The notes under the pieces were generated by a model, which saw only the letters and a list, made by a program, of their open reading frames with translations, did no database searches and had not been told where the DNA came from. Positions 10,871 through 24,369 of a stretch of 64,000 nucleotides of DNA are shown one piece after another. The position numbers and the translations under genes were made by a program. Position 1 is the first letter of the stretch. Every line of letters begins with the position of its first letter. Source of the stretch: Utricularia gibba (Eukaryota > Plantae > Magnoliophyta); NCBI GenBank assembly GCA_002189035.1, contig CM007989.1, forward strand, positions 124,001-188,000, in the 5' to 3' direction.

Positions 10871-13800
10871 TCAGAGCTTCCCCACCACCAAACTTGAATA
10901 AAGTGTCCCGGTGGGTAACGTCAAGCGCCGCACCAAAACGATCAACAAAGCCTGCCATCAACAACAATTAATCCCCAGATAACATGAGTTACACAGTCAA
11001 TCTAGTGAAGGAAACACAAGCAGACTCATACCAGTTGGAAAGCAACAAGCGCCAGCCAACACCCCCCAAGCCATAACCATTCCGGCTTAAAATCTGCACA
11101 ACAAAATCATGCATGCTTTTATAGGCGGATTCCCCATTTTTTCCTCCTAACCTAACTCTGCCAAGACGAGACCATGGAAAAATACAAGAGACTTGCTCAT
11201 GCATACCTTGAGGAGGAAGGTGGCTGAACAAGTGATTCCGACCATGGAAATACCCAAGAACTTTAGATCCCTCCCAGCCTGACAATCCCACGACTTATTA
11301 GCAGCTGATGAATTTTGTTTGTGCTAATTTCGATGAAGGGCTTTACCATCAGAGTGCCCTCTAAACAATTGATAGGTGGAGCAGCACACAGCGCTATGAA
11401 GAAGGGAATCAGCACCTTGTGCATCTGATAAAAAAAACAGCACTTCAATCAATTCCTCAAGTTTAAGTTAGTAGTCAACATCTCCACATTTATATATATA
11501 TAACATTAAATGTCATGAAAAATGCACTTAATCATGCACCTCATGTGAAAAAACTCCTCCTTTCAAAGGGGCGAGTGGTGAAAATCCAAATGTTAATGCA
11601 ATTAAACGAATCGCTTACCTCACTTGTAACTTGAGGATCAGGGGAAAATATTCTGGGAAATATCCAGGGAAGAGAAGTTCCAACAGATCCAAGAACAATC
11701 CCACTTAATGTTCCAATGACAATCAATGACTTGAGAAGACTCCGAACCTTTTTCAACCGTTTTGTGTTTTAGAAAGAGAAAGTAATGACGATGAAATGAT
11801 CTGATGTAAGGATGTAGAAATATGAAACCTTCTCTGGATTTCTTTTGGGCCCATACATGAGTTCTGGCATAAATGACTGGGCAGTTTGTGAGAGTGGTTC
11901 ACCCCAGACAGCACAAATGCAGTACAGTTGTATCATAACCTGAAAAAATAATGACAAGTTTTCGCATCAAGTAACTGCACTCTTTCCTTTAGATTGACAC
12001 CTCAAATGATAAAGAAACGCGGGAATGGTTTTCCAAAGAAGCCAACCTGATGAGCAGCAACAGTTTTTGCACCCATGGAGGTAGCAAAGAAGACAAGCAT
12101 GGCATAAAATGCTGTCTACATGGAAACATTCCAAACATATGATTAATGTATTAAGTGCGAAAAATGCGATGGTAATGTGAACCTTTGACACAATGGCGAT
12201 TAAAGCTGGTGCTGCAAGGTTGACTATCCGAATGAAGTCGTTGAAAGATGGAACGGAAAAGGCAAAGCCGTTGTAGCCCTTTTTGTTCAAGGCTTCTATC
12301 GACATATAAGCTGCAACAATCTGAAAGCAAGAAATAAGTTAATGGATTCCTTGAACCCCTATTCAAAATTCTCACATTTCAGCCCTGCACTCACGGTCTC
12401 ATATTTTACCACTCCTGCAAAAAAAAAAAAAAAGGCCTCAACAAGTCATACCTGCGACACTGTAGTCGCCCAAGCTGCTCCAGAAATGCCATAACCAAGG
12501 TATCCACACAATGCTACATCACCAACGCAGTTAATTGCAGCTGCAACAGCCAAGGCCTTCACAGGTCCCAGTGAATCTTTCATGCCCAAGCTGAGAATCA
12601 TGCACATAGTGCATCTTGTTAGTAGCCAATAAAAGAAGCTATTAAACTTTTACACACGATTATTGCTCCCAACCATGCACTTTGAGCCACCCAGCCAACA
12701 AGCCACACTGGCCACACAAGCCCTCGAATCTGCAAGGATAAGTTTTGAAAATAAGACCCATAGGGATGAGTTCAAAGTGTTCAACTGCTCTCAGTTTCTT
12801 AGGTTGATGATAGAATATGATACCAAAATTCACAATTTATGCTCGCCAGAAATGGGGAATAATGTTACCTGAACATATGTATTTGCCGCATCTATAATAT
12901 CCGAATTCTGTGGCCCTGTGAAGGCTGCAAATAAACTCAACAGACTATTAGAACAGCAGGCAGAAATACAGAAATATATTGGCGCTTGGATATTTTTCTT
13001 AAAAAAATCATTATTGGAAGAGAACAAGGGACTCTACCAGTTACACGAAAACATTGTATTTCTTTAAACCTTCAAATTTCCTTACGAACCTGCCAGTGCC
13101 CAACGGCCATAACACTTGGTAAAAACCATCATCAGGATTCCACATGCCAGACCCAAAAACAGCAACATGGATATCTGATGCTGTACTTCATCTTTATCCT
13201 ACAGCAATGGGTGACAAACATGAGGATTACTACACTATTTTTAAGAAGCTTAAGAAAAGGTATCAAATGAACTATAGCTATATTACAGGTGCCTTTGAAT
13301 TCTATAAGCTATTCAACATTCTTTCTACATCGGATAAAATTTCCATATTAACATAAGCCTATATCACGGACCTGCCTAGCAAGTGATGTAGCAACCAGAT
13401 TTGAAGTCGCAATCGAAAGAAACATGAACATATAGCCTGTATAATCACATAACACAGTTCCTGGTCCTGTCATTAACATGAGCACTCCCCGTAAGGTTTC
13501 CATATAGCACTCGGAAATACCCAAAAATTCACATTAAAATTGAAGTGCGGTTAGCACCAGGACCAGTAGGATATATATATTTGTTTTACTGCGAAAAATT
13601 TCAGACAAGCATGCTCAAAACTGTGAGATGATGACAATCAGACCCACACATCAACTGAATATATTAACATAAGGAATGGGACGCGCATTAAACCGCAATG
13701 TTAAATAGCATGAAATGTGATACCTAACGCAGCAAGCTCAAGAGAACTCCCCTGACCAACAACAGCGGTATCAATTAAACCCATTAACGGACCACAAATC

Positions 13801-14104
13801 CAGAGGCCAACCGCCGGACCGGAAAATTTCACAATATCAGTTATTTGATCCCACAAGTTCTCACTCTGAGAAAGCTGCAGGGGTTCTTCATTTGTATATT
13901 CTTCTTCGCTTTCCCTCTGAAGCGGATAAATAGGGACAGAATCATTCGCTGCAGAGCTTGGTAAACAGGATATCGTGACAGCGGGCTGATTCTCCCGCGA
14001 ATCAATCTGGTATTGGACCAGATTGCTGTGTTTAATTTATTTCTGGAAACAGAAGAATATGAACAAAGATAAAGAGATGAGAGCGCCGAAATTTGGATGC
14101 TCAT
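10871..14104 (-). CDS. Plastid-type MATE transporter (DTX46/EDS5-like), about 12 exons; two apparent 1-nt frameshifts (13983-13985 and 11062-11067)
   Basis: [99 protein letters not shown]. Confidence 0.92.
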
Positions 14105-14543
14105 AGCTCAACTCCTTATCGCTTCCCGCGCTTTGGAGCGATACGGAAAGAATGTAGAGGCGAACGTCGAATTGTTGGTTGGTGACTGCAGTTCCACGCA
14201 GACAACCGACAAACTAGCAGCCACCTCCCCCGACTCTTGCTCCCCTTCCGAAGTTTCAAGTTCGTCTCAGTGATGGCGGTTTTGGGCCATTAAAAAAACA
14301 TTGTTTTTTTTTTAAAAAAATGTAGACAATATATACCCAATTCGCAACCGCATTTGAAGGTTGAAGAACCAAAAACCTTATCTTCCCTATCTTTGCGCCT
14401 CATTTCCTACTCAGTGATCGTCGGCTGATTGCAGGGTACGCATAGTTTTCCCAGAAATTCCCTGGACAACAAACACCAAAATTGCACAACTGAAAGGATC
14501 AGTGTTTGTGCTATTCCTGCATTCTTCTATCAAAATTCCATTA

Positions 14544-16518
14544 ATGGCGGCTGGGCTATCTTCGTTTCATTCAACTTCATATGCTTATCCGGTAAAAATT
14601 TATCGAGCCATGTGAATTCTTGAAATTCCTCTGGATATCGGAACTCATTTGTTCCCGTTCTTGCAGTCTTCTACTCTATACCGAACACGAAGTGAAGAGA
14701 TACTTGGAAGAAGTAAATTACGCTTATTGCTTCTTCCAGGATGTAAACAGCGGTGACTTGTCTTCCCTTTTGTAACATCTCATCTGCTTTAGAAAAAAGT
14801 GGAATCGCTTATCTTTTCAATGTTATCGTCTAAATGCTTGGCATACGGTGCATGTAGTTGTACTCAGATTCTAGTGTGTCTTAAACTAACTTGTATGAAG
14901 GCTCAGAAGAGCAGAGGCAGTTAGTATGCTGGGTCATTGGTTTCGAGGAACTTGCTATATTTACCATCATTGACATCAAGCTACTTTCTTTGTGTTGAAT
15001 TAACTTGTATGAATTATTAAGAAATGCATTATCACATTCTTGGTTGGCTATGTCGATGCACAGAAGAACTTCTATCCGCGCAGTGCGTAACGATGCTGAG
15101 AAGGCATTCAAAAAGACCGTGGAAGCTGATAAATTCATAGACATGCTAAAGGATGCAGATGATAAAGAAGTAGTAGCAAGCTCTTGTTTGCGTTCCATTT
15201 CTATTTGGTTCCTCAATCATGGCGTAATGTGTTTTCTCTTTGTGAGCAGCTTCAGCGGCTTGTGGCGGAGAACGTTCTTGCCTTTAATGAAGGCTTTTGG
15301 ATTCGCCTTGCGGCTAGAACCGAAACATGCAAATCTGAAGATGACAAAGAATGTCCTTTTTACTTGATTTAAAATTATATCTTTGGTCATTTTCGTGCCT
15401 GATTTCTATCATCACATAATTTCCAGAAGGACTACGAAGAATTTGCTGCGATGCTGATGAATATAGTGGATCGTCTTGTCCACAAGACTAATGTAAAGTT
15501 CAAAACATATGCAGTTGTTGTGATTTCTAGTGGCATGATTGCGGATTTTGTTTGCCATGTGTTTTCCCAAAGCCTTCATAGCCATCCTGTGATGCTTTCA
15601 GGAGAAAATTGAGTCAGCTACTGATGTGCTGAAGGCTATTTTAAAGCCGTTGGTGGAGCAAGATGAAGAAATTCCATGGCCTCCTAGGGATCCCCAAGCT
15701 CTTGTTCTCATGCAAAATGTCTGCCTCTGCAAATGTACATGTGTTCGATCCCTTTTTTGCTTAAAAAAAAAAAAAGTGTTGACTGTGCAGGAGGTTAACT
15801 TACGAGAGCAGGAGGGTTATCTGGATGAGGGGTTTCTCGCAGAGGTTAATGCTCAGCTTCGCCAAGTAGGTTATGTGTGTCTTAGTGTTCCATTCCATTA
15901 CATGTTAGTTTTTAAGACCGGACCGGGAGATTGCAGCAGTAGTGGGGCGAAAGTAGAGTAGGTCCTAGGCACGCACAGTCACTCACGTATGTGTTAGTTG
16001 GTTGCATAGGCCAAGGAAGATGGGGACAAGCCGGGGCTTGAGGCCATGCTGCAGAGGGTCCTGCAGCTGTACGCTTCGAGAGTTCTGTCAAAGCGCAGCT
16101 ACGCTAAAAAAGGTGCCTCCTTCCTTCCTTCCTTCCTTCCTTCCGTCCGTCCGTCCGTCCCAGGAAGGATCGCATTAATTCCGTTTTGTGTGGGTCCAGG
16201 GAATGAGATCGTGCGGGCGGAGCAGTTCCTGGAGTCGTTGATCGGAGGTGAGCTGAAGAAGAGCAATTCCTTGACCTATTGTCATTCATATTTATGTGTG
16301 TGCTGTGGTGTGGATGCATCATGATGACATCAGCGCCGGAGGCGGAGTGGAGCGAGATGTTAGTGAAGGGATTGGCAGTTGGGAGAGGCGGAGGCGACGT
16401 CTCCCCGGAGGAATTGTATGCTGTGGTGAAGAGGCGTGTGGAGAGGGTGGTGATGCGAACCGTAAGTATCCAACAACCCTGCGCCCGCCCCGCCCGCCTC
16501 GTCTTTCTTTATTTGTGA

Positions 16519-16553
<35 letters not shown>

Positions 16554-16684
16554 TTGGTGTGCAGGAGGGCGGCTCTTATCAGCAGCGCATACTTGTGGAG
16601 TACCTCAAGGGAATCCAATCCAGAGGGGAGGAGGTGGTTCGAGCTCTTCAGCACTCCCAGGGACCCACACCCAACCAAATATAA
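14544..16684 (+). CDS. BFA3: Conserved plastid protein, probably BFA3/CGLD11-like (ATP synthase biogenesis factor), 10 exons
   Basis: Transit-peptide-like MAAGLSSFHSTSYAYP; conserved blocks FWIRLAARTETCKSEDDKKDYEE, EIPWPPRDP, LDEGFLAEVNAQLRQAKEDGDKPGLEAMLQ, RTEGGSYQQRILVEYLKGI. The gene is secure; the name comes from recalled homology and neighbourhood. Confidence 0.75.
16109..16160. repeat. Compound (CCTT)n(CCGT)n microsatellite inside a BFA3-like intron
   Basis: Read directly. A (GCTG)n tract also lies at about 16520-16555 in a later intron. Confidence 0.9.
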
Positions 16685-16878
16685 TAAACACATATTGTAT
16701 GTAGATATATTGATTGGATGCTGCTTGCTTTTCCGTTTCCGCCACGCGAAACCAACCAATGGCCTTTCGGACACGTGTCGCGCGGTGAACCCCTCCGCCC
16801 TACTAAACCTCACGGGTTTCCATGCCCATTGCACATTGCATACACGACGAGCTCCGGGTACGCTAACCAAAGAAGAAG

Positions 16879-17355
16879 ATGCTGAGAATCTTGGGCAAGC
16901 CCACCCTCGCCAAGGTCAACGGATCCCCTTTCCCCGCCGTCCACTCCGACGACCACGATCTTTCTGCCTGGGAGCTCATCGACGCCGCCCAGTCCGACGA
17001 CGAGGATCTTTACTCATTCGACCTTCTACCGGATGGCGATGCGGAAATCTGCGTCAAGTTTGAGCCTATTCAACAGGCCAATGAAGAAGGTTCCTCGGAT
17101 ATGCCGCCCCCCACTCAATTCATCGATCCCGTCGCTGCCCCGGCCTCGCCTCCGCTAACAATTGAGAATCGTTACGAGGATGAGGAGACTGCGCATGCGG
17201 ACAGCTTCGCCGAGGAGTTGATGCCGTGGGATCTGGAGAGGAAATTGGGCGGCTTGGAGAGGATGAAGAAAAGGGGTAAGAAAGGGGGGCACAAGTACAT
17301 CAAGACAAAGAGGCTCCCCTGCTACTACAAAGTAAAACCTGGAAGCTTGTATTAG
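16879..17355 (+). CDS. Uncharacterised intronless acidic protein with basic C-terminus (158 aa)
   Basis: Clean ORF with DDHDLSAWELI near the N-terminus and EELMPWDLERKLGGLERMKKRGKK...KRLPCYYKVKPG, resembling a recalled plant family of unknown function. Confidence 0.75.
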   Translation: MLRILGKPTLAKVNGSPFPAVHSDDHDLSAWELIDAAQSDDEDLYSFDLLPDGDAEICVKFEPIQQANEEGSSDMPPPTQFIDPVAAPASPPLTIENRYEDEETAHADSFAEELMPWDLERKLGGLERMKKRGKKGGHKYIKTKRLPCYYKVKPGSLY

Positions 17356-17872
17356 AGGGAGCAGGCAGGTGTCGTTGATTCCTGATGTATATCACTGATT
17401 ATCTCCTGTATGTATTTCATGAACATTTGAAGCTTATGATGGATCCAATTTTAGCGGCTGTATCTGGGCTCTCTTGAATCAAAGGCTAGACCGAACGCAA
17501 CACAAGTATCTTGCTTGGTTAACCCAGTAAAAACACCATATATTGAAATGAATCCTCACCCCAGACCCTGCGAATGGGCAGCGCCCAAGATCTCATAAGA
17601 TATGTTCCATTTGTGGCTACTGAATCTAAACTTGTGTCCTGCATCACAACTCTATCAGTAGTGGGAAGAAGCAGCATCTATGGTGCCTACAACTCAGACC
17701 TTCAAGTGTTAGCTGGACAGTGCATACCACATAGAAAAAGAAGCAAGGAATATACATCACGTAATTACATATAATAATACACACAGCATCTATGGTGCCT
17801 ATGAACCATTGCATCTGAGAAACTCTCCAATAGGGTTCTTCCTCCCTCTCTGTCCTACTTTCTTGTTTTCCC

Positions 17873-19422
17873 TCACCTGCGCCGGCGTTTTGTGTCCACC
17901 TACATAAACCGGGCAACCGAACGTTATGTTGGGAGGCAACAGAAAAAAGAAAAAAAGAAAAAAAAAGCAATGCTAGCCCTCACACTATGAAATTGAACTC
18001 GAGCTAAAATCACAGGAAAACCCAAGGCGTGTACGTGATTTATGATGATGGTGATTATAGAAAATTTGGCACACTTATACGGAGCATTAATAACTGATAG
18101 TATCAGCAATCAGAAGTACCTTCTCCTCAGCTTGAGCCATGGAGATGCGAGCATTATGTAACTTGTTTGCGTCTCCAGAGGCACAGTTATGACAATAGAA
18201 ATGTTCTAGTCGTTTTGCTTCCTCTGGTGTCATGTCTACACAAGTTGGATGAAACCTAGAAAAATATGTATCATCAACATGGTGATAATATGATGCATAG
18301 ACAGACCTTACCGTTTCTTGTCAAACTCAAAAGCAGACAAACAAATTGGAGAAAAAGGGGGGATCCATGCTGAACGCTTAAACGACAACTGAGTCCAATA
18401 ATAGACCTACCAGTCAGTACATCCTTCACACTGAACCATGAGATCATCTGGATTGTAAGGCATTTCGCATTTGCAGTACCTGGCGGTCAAAACCAGCAAA
18501 GATCAAATATTAAACAGAAGAACGGTGAATGAAGAAGATTTTCACTAATAGAACAAATACAGGAATGAAGTTCGGATGTAGAAAAGCAAATTGAGAAGGA
18601 ACAGGCATGTGTTACAAAACACTACGAGTAACCTAGTTTCCTATTGATGGACATAGTCCACGCAGAAGGTAAGCATGAGCTAGCTGCAACATGCAGATGA
18701 TGCCATCATGAAAAATCATAATCTATGACCCACTGCATCAGAATTCAAAGAAGCTTTTAAGGTGTGTCAACTCCAAAATTTCATGTGATAAACGCGAGAG
18801 TAACCACTCGTTACTGGAGTTGATGCACACTTTAAAATTTACACGTACACTGCAACTCTGTCCGGATTGAAAGCACCTGTAGATGAGTTGTACTCAAAAC
18901 GACAAAAGAAGTCGTCGTTTCCAACAGCATCTAGCTTAGTGTAGGACTTGAAAGAGTGCACCGTACATTTCCCCTCAACGGTATCTGCGCTCTGAGTATC
19001 AAAATGGTCCGACAAAAAAACTTCCTTTGAGCCATGGAACTGCCGCCTCCCGCCGATCGATTCTTCCGGCCGATAATACCACCTTACATGAACCCTAACA
19101 TTAGCGCCGCGACTGTCCGCATCGATCTTCTCACGCGCGCCACATACGACGGTTTCGATGAATCGGAAGGCCTCATCAAAACGCAATCTCCAGCTGAAAC
19201 ACCGGAATCAAACGCAAAGATCATTCAAATACTGCAAAATCTACCAAAAATTTAAATAAAAAACAAGCACAAATTCCAAAACACGCGAATTCCCAACGTA
19301 TACGCAAAACTTTCAGATGACAGCCCTAATAAACCAGTTGAAAACTCACGGCGAATAGTCTTGCTGATATGCTTGATGTTGTAGGAAGAAAGAGCCCGGC
19401 GCACCGGCTTGCCTCTAGCCAT
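17873..19422 (-). CDS. SHL: BAH-PHD chromatin reader SHL/EBS family (SHL-like), 5 exons; apparent 1-nt deficit at about 19132
   Basis: [98 protein letters not shown]. Confidence 0.93.
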
Positions 19423-19918
19423 GAATTTGACGGCAAGTAGCTCCGACGGAAATTGAGCATGTACATCAGGTAGAGAGAGAGAACCTGTGGCAAGAAGTCT
19501 ATTTTCACTACCCCGAAGTCCAAAGGGTGTGTTCCTGTGTACCGAGTACCACCTTACGATCAGTGGACTCGATTTATCCTACGGTGGAGATTTCGACTAC
19601 GCTACCTGATTTCCCAATTAGGGAGGACTTGCAAATTTGTAGATGTTAAAGGTTGTTATTGCAATTTTCTCTATTTTTCTTTTGGCGCCAACGCCCGTCC
19701 GAATCTTACTCTTTCGTTCATCGTTTCTGGTCTACCTTCTTCCAGTAGCACTTACCTCGAAGTTCCCGGACTACGCATGAATGGGGTCGCTATTTCTCTT
19801 CCTGTTGGATACATTTTCACGGCTTTCGATATGGAGCGACGCCTCTTATTCCCCTGTTTCCCTATTAAGGCTCGCTTTTTCTGATTTAGAGGCTTTTCTT
19901 TTTCGGTTACTGCTTTTG

Positions 19919-22563
19919 ATGGCTACCGAGGAACAATCGTCCGCGATTAAGGCGAGATTACTTGCTTTCTTTTAGTATGCGTTTTGTTCACCTAATCTTG
20001 AGCCGGTGAAGTTGTGTCGTTTAGGGAGCTAAGGTTCTGATGGTGGGTGCTGGCGGCATCGGCTGCGAGTTGCTAAAGACCCTCGTGCTGTCGGGATTTT
20101 CTGATATTCATATCGTTAGTGTTTTTTTTTTTTTTTTTGACTTCGAAGCTTGCACTTGACATCTGATCATTTTGTTGGATGTTCACTTAAAATCTTTCAT
20201 TGTCACTCTGTTTAATATTGAATCCTAGATTGATATGGATACGATTGAGGTCAGCAATCTAAACCGGCAATTCTTGTTTCGAAAGTCACATGTTGGGAAA
20301 TCCAAGGCTCAGGTGAGTTGATGACCAAGACTTTTGTATAATGCGTACCATTTTATCCTCCTCGGCTGCTTTGACCTGTACGTATTTCTCTTCCACAGGT
20401 TGCCTGTGATTCCGTGCTCAAGTTTCGGCCTTGTACGAGCATCATACCCCATCATGCTAATGTGAAGGATCCTTCTTTCAATGTCGATTTCTTCAAGCAA
20501 TTCAATGTTGTGTTGAATGGATTAGATAATTTAGATGCAAGACGGCATGTGAATCGTCTTTGCTTGGCATCTGGCGTCCCAATGATCGATAGTGGCACAG
20601 CAGGCTTCCTAGGCCAGGTAGTGTTTTGAGGACATGATACATGCTTCAGGGCACTGATAAAACTTAATGTTATCAGGTTCATTAACCTTGAAATGGCTTC
20701 TAAGCAGCCTTTGAATGAGATGCTGTCTGGATGCAGGTTACTGTGCATGCGAAGGGGTTACAGAATGCTACGAATGCCAGCCTAAACCGGTTCCTAAGAC
20801 ATATGCTGTTTGCACGATCACTAGTACCCCAAAAAAGGTAAGATTCCCAAGTGGGTCAACAGAGCAAAACAAGAAAAGATGCCAATGGAAAACACCACCT
20901 TCCTAGTGTTATTTACTAAACTATGTGTGCTTTCAGTTTGCCCATTGCATCGTCTGGGCCAAGGATCTGCTATTTGAAAAGTTGTTTGGGGATAGAAATA
21001 AAGAAAATCATCTGAATGTTTCTAACTCATCATCTCCAACTCAAGATGCTTTCGAACGGAGAAGTGAGGAGGGCATTGAGGAATATGCATTGAGAATATT
21101 TGATCATGTTTTTGTTTACAATCTAGAGCTATCTTTATCTATTGAAGACACATGGAAAAATCATAACAAGCCGAAGCCTATATACCTCAAGGATGTGCTT
21201 AATTATAAAGTCATCTTCAGGAAAGGCAATCACTTGGTAGATTGTTGTCACATTTCAGCAATGGATTCTTTGCGTCTCAAAAATCCTCAGGACGTTTGGA
21301 GTTTGAAGGAGAACGCAATGGTGTTTCTCGAAGCTCTTCATCTACTATTTTCAACGAGGCAGAAGGTAGATGTCCTGAGTATCTCTCTGTTTTATCATAG
21401 CTGTTGTCATTCCCAAGGGCTTTCTACTTCCAGGAAATTGGTAGACTGACATTCGATAAAGATGACCAGTTAGCTATGGAATTCGTCGCTGCTGCAGCAA
21501 ATATCAGAGCTTGCTCATTCGATATCCCTTTGCATAGCCTCTTTGAAGCAAAAGGAATTGCTGGTAATATAGTGCATGCTGTTGTGACAACAAACGCCAT
21601 CATCTCTGGGTCGGTAGTTATTGAAGCAATCAGAGTGCTGCAGAATGATGTTAACAACTATAGGTAAGGATCATTTTTCACATCATTCAGGAATATTCAG
21701 GTGCTTCACCTTGCTTCTAATGCATTTTTCCTCACTTAATAGAATGACATTTTGCCGTAAGCATGCTTCAAACAAGATGCTTCTTGCGCCAGTGAAACCT
21801 TGCCAGCCAAACAAGGCTTGCTATGTCTGCTCTGAGGTTGGTGTTGTCATGATGCACTTCGATTTGTGTTGTTGATTCCGTGAACAAGGTAATGCCTTCA
21901 TCCGCATGAAATAGATGCCCCTGACCCTTGAGGTTAACCCACGACGTTCAAAGCTGAGGGATCTTGTGAACAAGATCGTGAGAAAGCAACTGGGAATGAA
22001 TCTGCCTCTCATGATGCATGGTTCTGTCCTTCTGTACGAGGATGGAGATGGTCTGGAGGATGTCGAGGTCGCAAACTATGAAGCAAACCTTGACAAGGTT
22101 CGTTTGTTTACTCTCGTGGTTTAAATAAGAATGGCAGCAGGAGCTAATCCCATGTTCCTCAGGTTCTATCCGAGCTTCCTTCCCCCCTCCATGGTGGAAC
22201 CATTCTTACAATTGAGGACCTTCAGCAGGAGCTCAGATGCAGCGTCAACATCAAGCACAGGTGTGCTTCATTCTTGAAACATCATCGTTTCAAGGCGAAA
22301 AAAAAATATGGTGCAACAGCCTTTAGTTAGTTAGTTTTTTTTTTTTTGGTTTGTTTGGCAGGGAGGAATTTGATCCCGAAAAAGAGCCAGATGAAATGAT
22401 TATCTCTGGCTGGACAGCGCCTGTGCCAGTCAACCCTCTCGGCCCATCTTCTGTATCGTCTGAATCATTAACGTTTGCCACTGAGGAAGACGATGACGGG
22501 CTGGAATTGGAAATCATCCAGCTGCAAACTGGGATAAAGGGCAAAGGGTTTTTTATTGAATGA
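19919..22563 (+). CDS. SAE2: SUMO-activating enzyme subunit 2, 11 exons; first intron GC-AG; apparent 1-nt deficit at 20754-20757
   Basis: [11 protein letters not shown]|[50 protein letters not shown] (catalytic Cys), [19 protein letters not shown]. Confidence 0.95.
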
Positions 22564-22876
22564 TCAAGAGATCACATTCAAGAGAAAACTAGGTAGCACA
22601 GACTAGAGATGGCTTACTCAGATGAATAGAATGGGGTGACTATTTCGCCGCGTGCGGGTGGTAAATTACCACTTGTCTGTTGTCTGAAGGTACAATGGAT
22701 CTGTAGTTTAGAGACAAGATGCCTTGGTACATGCTGAGCTTCAAGGATCAAAATACACGTAAATCGAGAATCATCATATCATTCATAAGAACCAAAAAAG
22801 ACAATTTCGGGCGCGGGATTTTCAGTAAGGCTTGTGCTCCTGCAATAGTTTCTAAGATGTGATGCCCTCTCCAATA

Positions 22877-24369
22877 TCAGATAAAGGAAACCTGCATTTT
22901 CTGTGCAGCGTGCAACCAGCTTACTCTCGAACGCATGATAAAAGTATCAGCACTCGGAAATTTTTCCCAGAAAAAACCCTTCCTTGGAGCTGAATGATGA
23001 TTCACAGGCAGTGATCCGCTAGTCCTGGGGCCGAAGGAGAAGTGACGTCTCAAAAAAGGCCCCCCTATTGAACTTTTGTTGCTGGAGCTTGATATGACGC
23101 TAGAAGTCCTAAAATCAAGACCATCATGATTGTGCGGTTCCCAAGGAACATCGATCCTGCGCATCTTGGCTGCCTTTGTCTCACTAAAAGCACAGAATGG
23201 GCAAGCTGGGTCATACTTGTCCACCTCAGGAGTCATGTATTCTAAGCACTCCCCATGGTAGACATGCCCACAATTTAGAACTGCAACCACAGCAATCTCA
23301 TTGCTGGCTATTATCTTTTGGGTGCTCCAACGCCATGAAGACCTCTCCAGTAAAAGGTTGGAGCATAAATAACAAGTCTGGGAATCAAAGGAGGATCCTG
23401 ATTTATGCAAACTATTTCTGGAAATTTTATGTCTCAAGCTTGACGTTTCACCATCAGTAGACTGCCTCTCATTATGAGCAGTAGTGAGCTCCGCGAAGGC
23501 AGGGATTGACCAGCTGTCTGAAGAGTCAGCATTGGAGCCCCTTGGTGATTCATTGCCCCAGACGGGGACAGGAAATGAAGATGGCTCCTCGGATATTGAG
23601 AATGTCGGTAATCTGTACTCGAGAACTCGACTATCAGATACCTGGCGTAGAAATGGATGTGCAGGAGAGCGATGATGCCCTCTTGAAGGAGTTGCAATCA
23701 TTGGCACCATATGACTTTGAGAAGACAAAGGAGATTCCAATACAGATGAAACTGATGCAACGGAAGATGATAGCTTTACGGGGGACGGGTATGAAACAGA
23801 TGGTGAGCCTATTGACTCGTTGGCCTGGAAAAGTGTCCAAAGCGAGAGACAACAGAGTTAATCCGAGAAATTCAAGAAAAAGAGCTAGCTGCACACATGT
23901 GTCACGAGAAACCAAACTAAATTCATCCATCGCAACCTACCTCAGCAAGATCTCGTGAAGTGGCTGAATCTGCAATAATTACATGCTTTTAGTGAGAAAA
24001 AAAGTGCTTTATTTTGCAGCAAGGTAAAGGGCAATTGACTACGATTACCACACGAACGCATTAAATTTATGCAGTTTCCTTCAGCTGGTGATTTATACCA
24101 ATTGAGTCCGCGAAGGCTATCCACCGGACTACCATCATCTGAGGCAAATGTCGCTTCTACAGTGGTCCGAGATTTAACTTCCATGTGATCATTTTCACCA
24201 CCCCCATGGTGCATCCACTCAACGGTTGTCTCTTCCCCAACCACTCGCCCATAATTATCCCACCTCAAGCTCCAAGATGGAGAACGACGGAATGCCTGTG
24301 TATAGCTGCACCAGGAGATCTATTAATTATAGTTCCATCCCTGGCAGCTATGCAACAGGCAGCCCCCAT
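22877..24369 (-). CDS. RING/zinc-finger protein with an N-terminal MGAACC acylation-type motif; apparent 1-nt deficit at about 24290; exact C-terminus uncertain
   Basis: MGAACCIAARDG..SPSWSLRWDNYGRVVGEE, SDSWSIPAFAEL, CYLCSNLL..VAVLNCGHVYHGECLEYMTPEVDKYDPACPFC, FLRRHFSFG. Confidence 0.88.

Noticed and set aside
16296-17063. Long ORFs 16296-17063 (+, 255 aa) and 16319-16870 (-, 183 aa)
   Set aside because: Alternative-frame or antisense read-through of GC-rich BFA3-like exons and microsatellite introns; no protein-like motifs.
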